This document shows positions 63,977 to 64,000 of a stretch of DNA of 64,000 bases, one piece after another. The notes under the pieces were generated by a model that saw nothing but the letters and a program-made list of their open reading frames with translations, had not been told where the DNA came from and searched no databases. Location of the stretch: positions 17,818-81,817 of the forward strand of contig URJL01000001.1 of the NCBI GenBank assembly GCA_900548115.1. The letters are read 5' to 3'. The translations under genes and the position numbers were made by a program. Every line of letters starts with the position of its first letter. The first letter of the stretch is position 1. The stretch is from an uncultured Eubacteriales bacterium (lineage in GTDB: Bacteria > Bacillota > Clostridia > Oscillospirales > CAG-382).

Positions 63977-64000
63977 ATGGGAAAATATTTCGGCACCGAC
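63977..64000 (+). CDS. glmM: Start of a phosphoglucosamine mutase-like gene (only 8 codons in the window)
   Basis: AAAGGAG RBS, then MGKYFGTD, which matches the highly conserved GlmM N-terminus (M.KYFGTDG.RG). Too short to be certain. Confidence 0.45.

Noticed and set aside
1-64000. CRISPR arrays, tRNA/rRNA genes, IS elements, integrases and prophage structural genes.
   Set aside because: I found no regularly spaced direct repeats, no cloverleaf-compatible intergenic segments, and no transposase, integrase, capsid or terminase-like translations in any frame of the ORF track.

Overview
This is a 64 kb chromosomal window from a moderately high-GC, spore-forming anaerobic Firmicute. It looks like Clostridia, possibly Oscillospiraceae/Ruminococcaceae, but that is a guess from gene content (spoIIP, [FeFe]-hydrogenases, adhE, a glycyl-radical enzyme). 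I support about 52 protein-coding genes. I recognised no rRNA, tRNA, CRISPR array, transposase or integrase. The backbone is housekeeping: era-recO-mutS2, pncB, ppiB, an OmpR/HK pair, a DnaI-like loader, uxuA, nnr, rplJL, spoIIP, rpsO-pnp and the start of glmM. Five parts deserve a second look. (1) 29.3-33.2 kb holds an unusually short (681 aa) glycyl-radical enzyme with its own activase and a divergent AraC regulator; the substrate is unknown. (2) 44.8-50.7 kb is a tightly coupled dlt-like five-gene operon: adenylating ligase, GNAT, carrier protein, MBOAT, and a membrane-anchored protein fused to a NodB deacetylase. Its ligase lacks the DltA-specific Cys. (3) 52.0-60.4 kb is an adhE, kinase, two [2Fe-2S] proteins, PAS-containing sensory [FeFe]-hydrogenase (HydS-like), PP2C phosphatase and catalytic [FeFe]-hydrogenase unit, preceded by a near-consensus clostridial Rex operator. 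(4) 35.2-41.0 kb carries a 1637-aa secreted SGNH/beta-helix-like protein behind a 0.9 kb very AT-rich non-coding region. (5) About 43.6-44.8 kb is a low-GC islet with a divergent XRE regulator and a SLOG/DUF1273 protein. All calls come from reading the translated ORFs and the DNA by eye. No database search was run, family assignments are from motif recognition, and hand-counted hairpin and promoter coordinates may be off by 1-2 nt.
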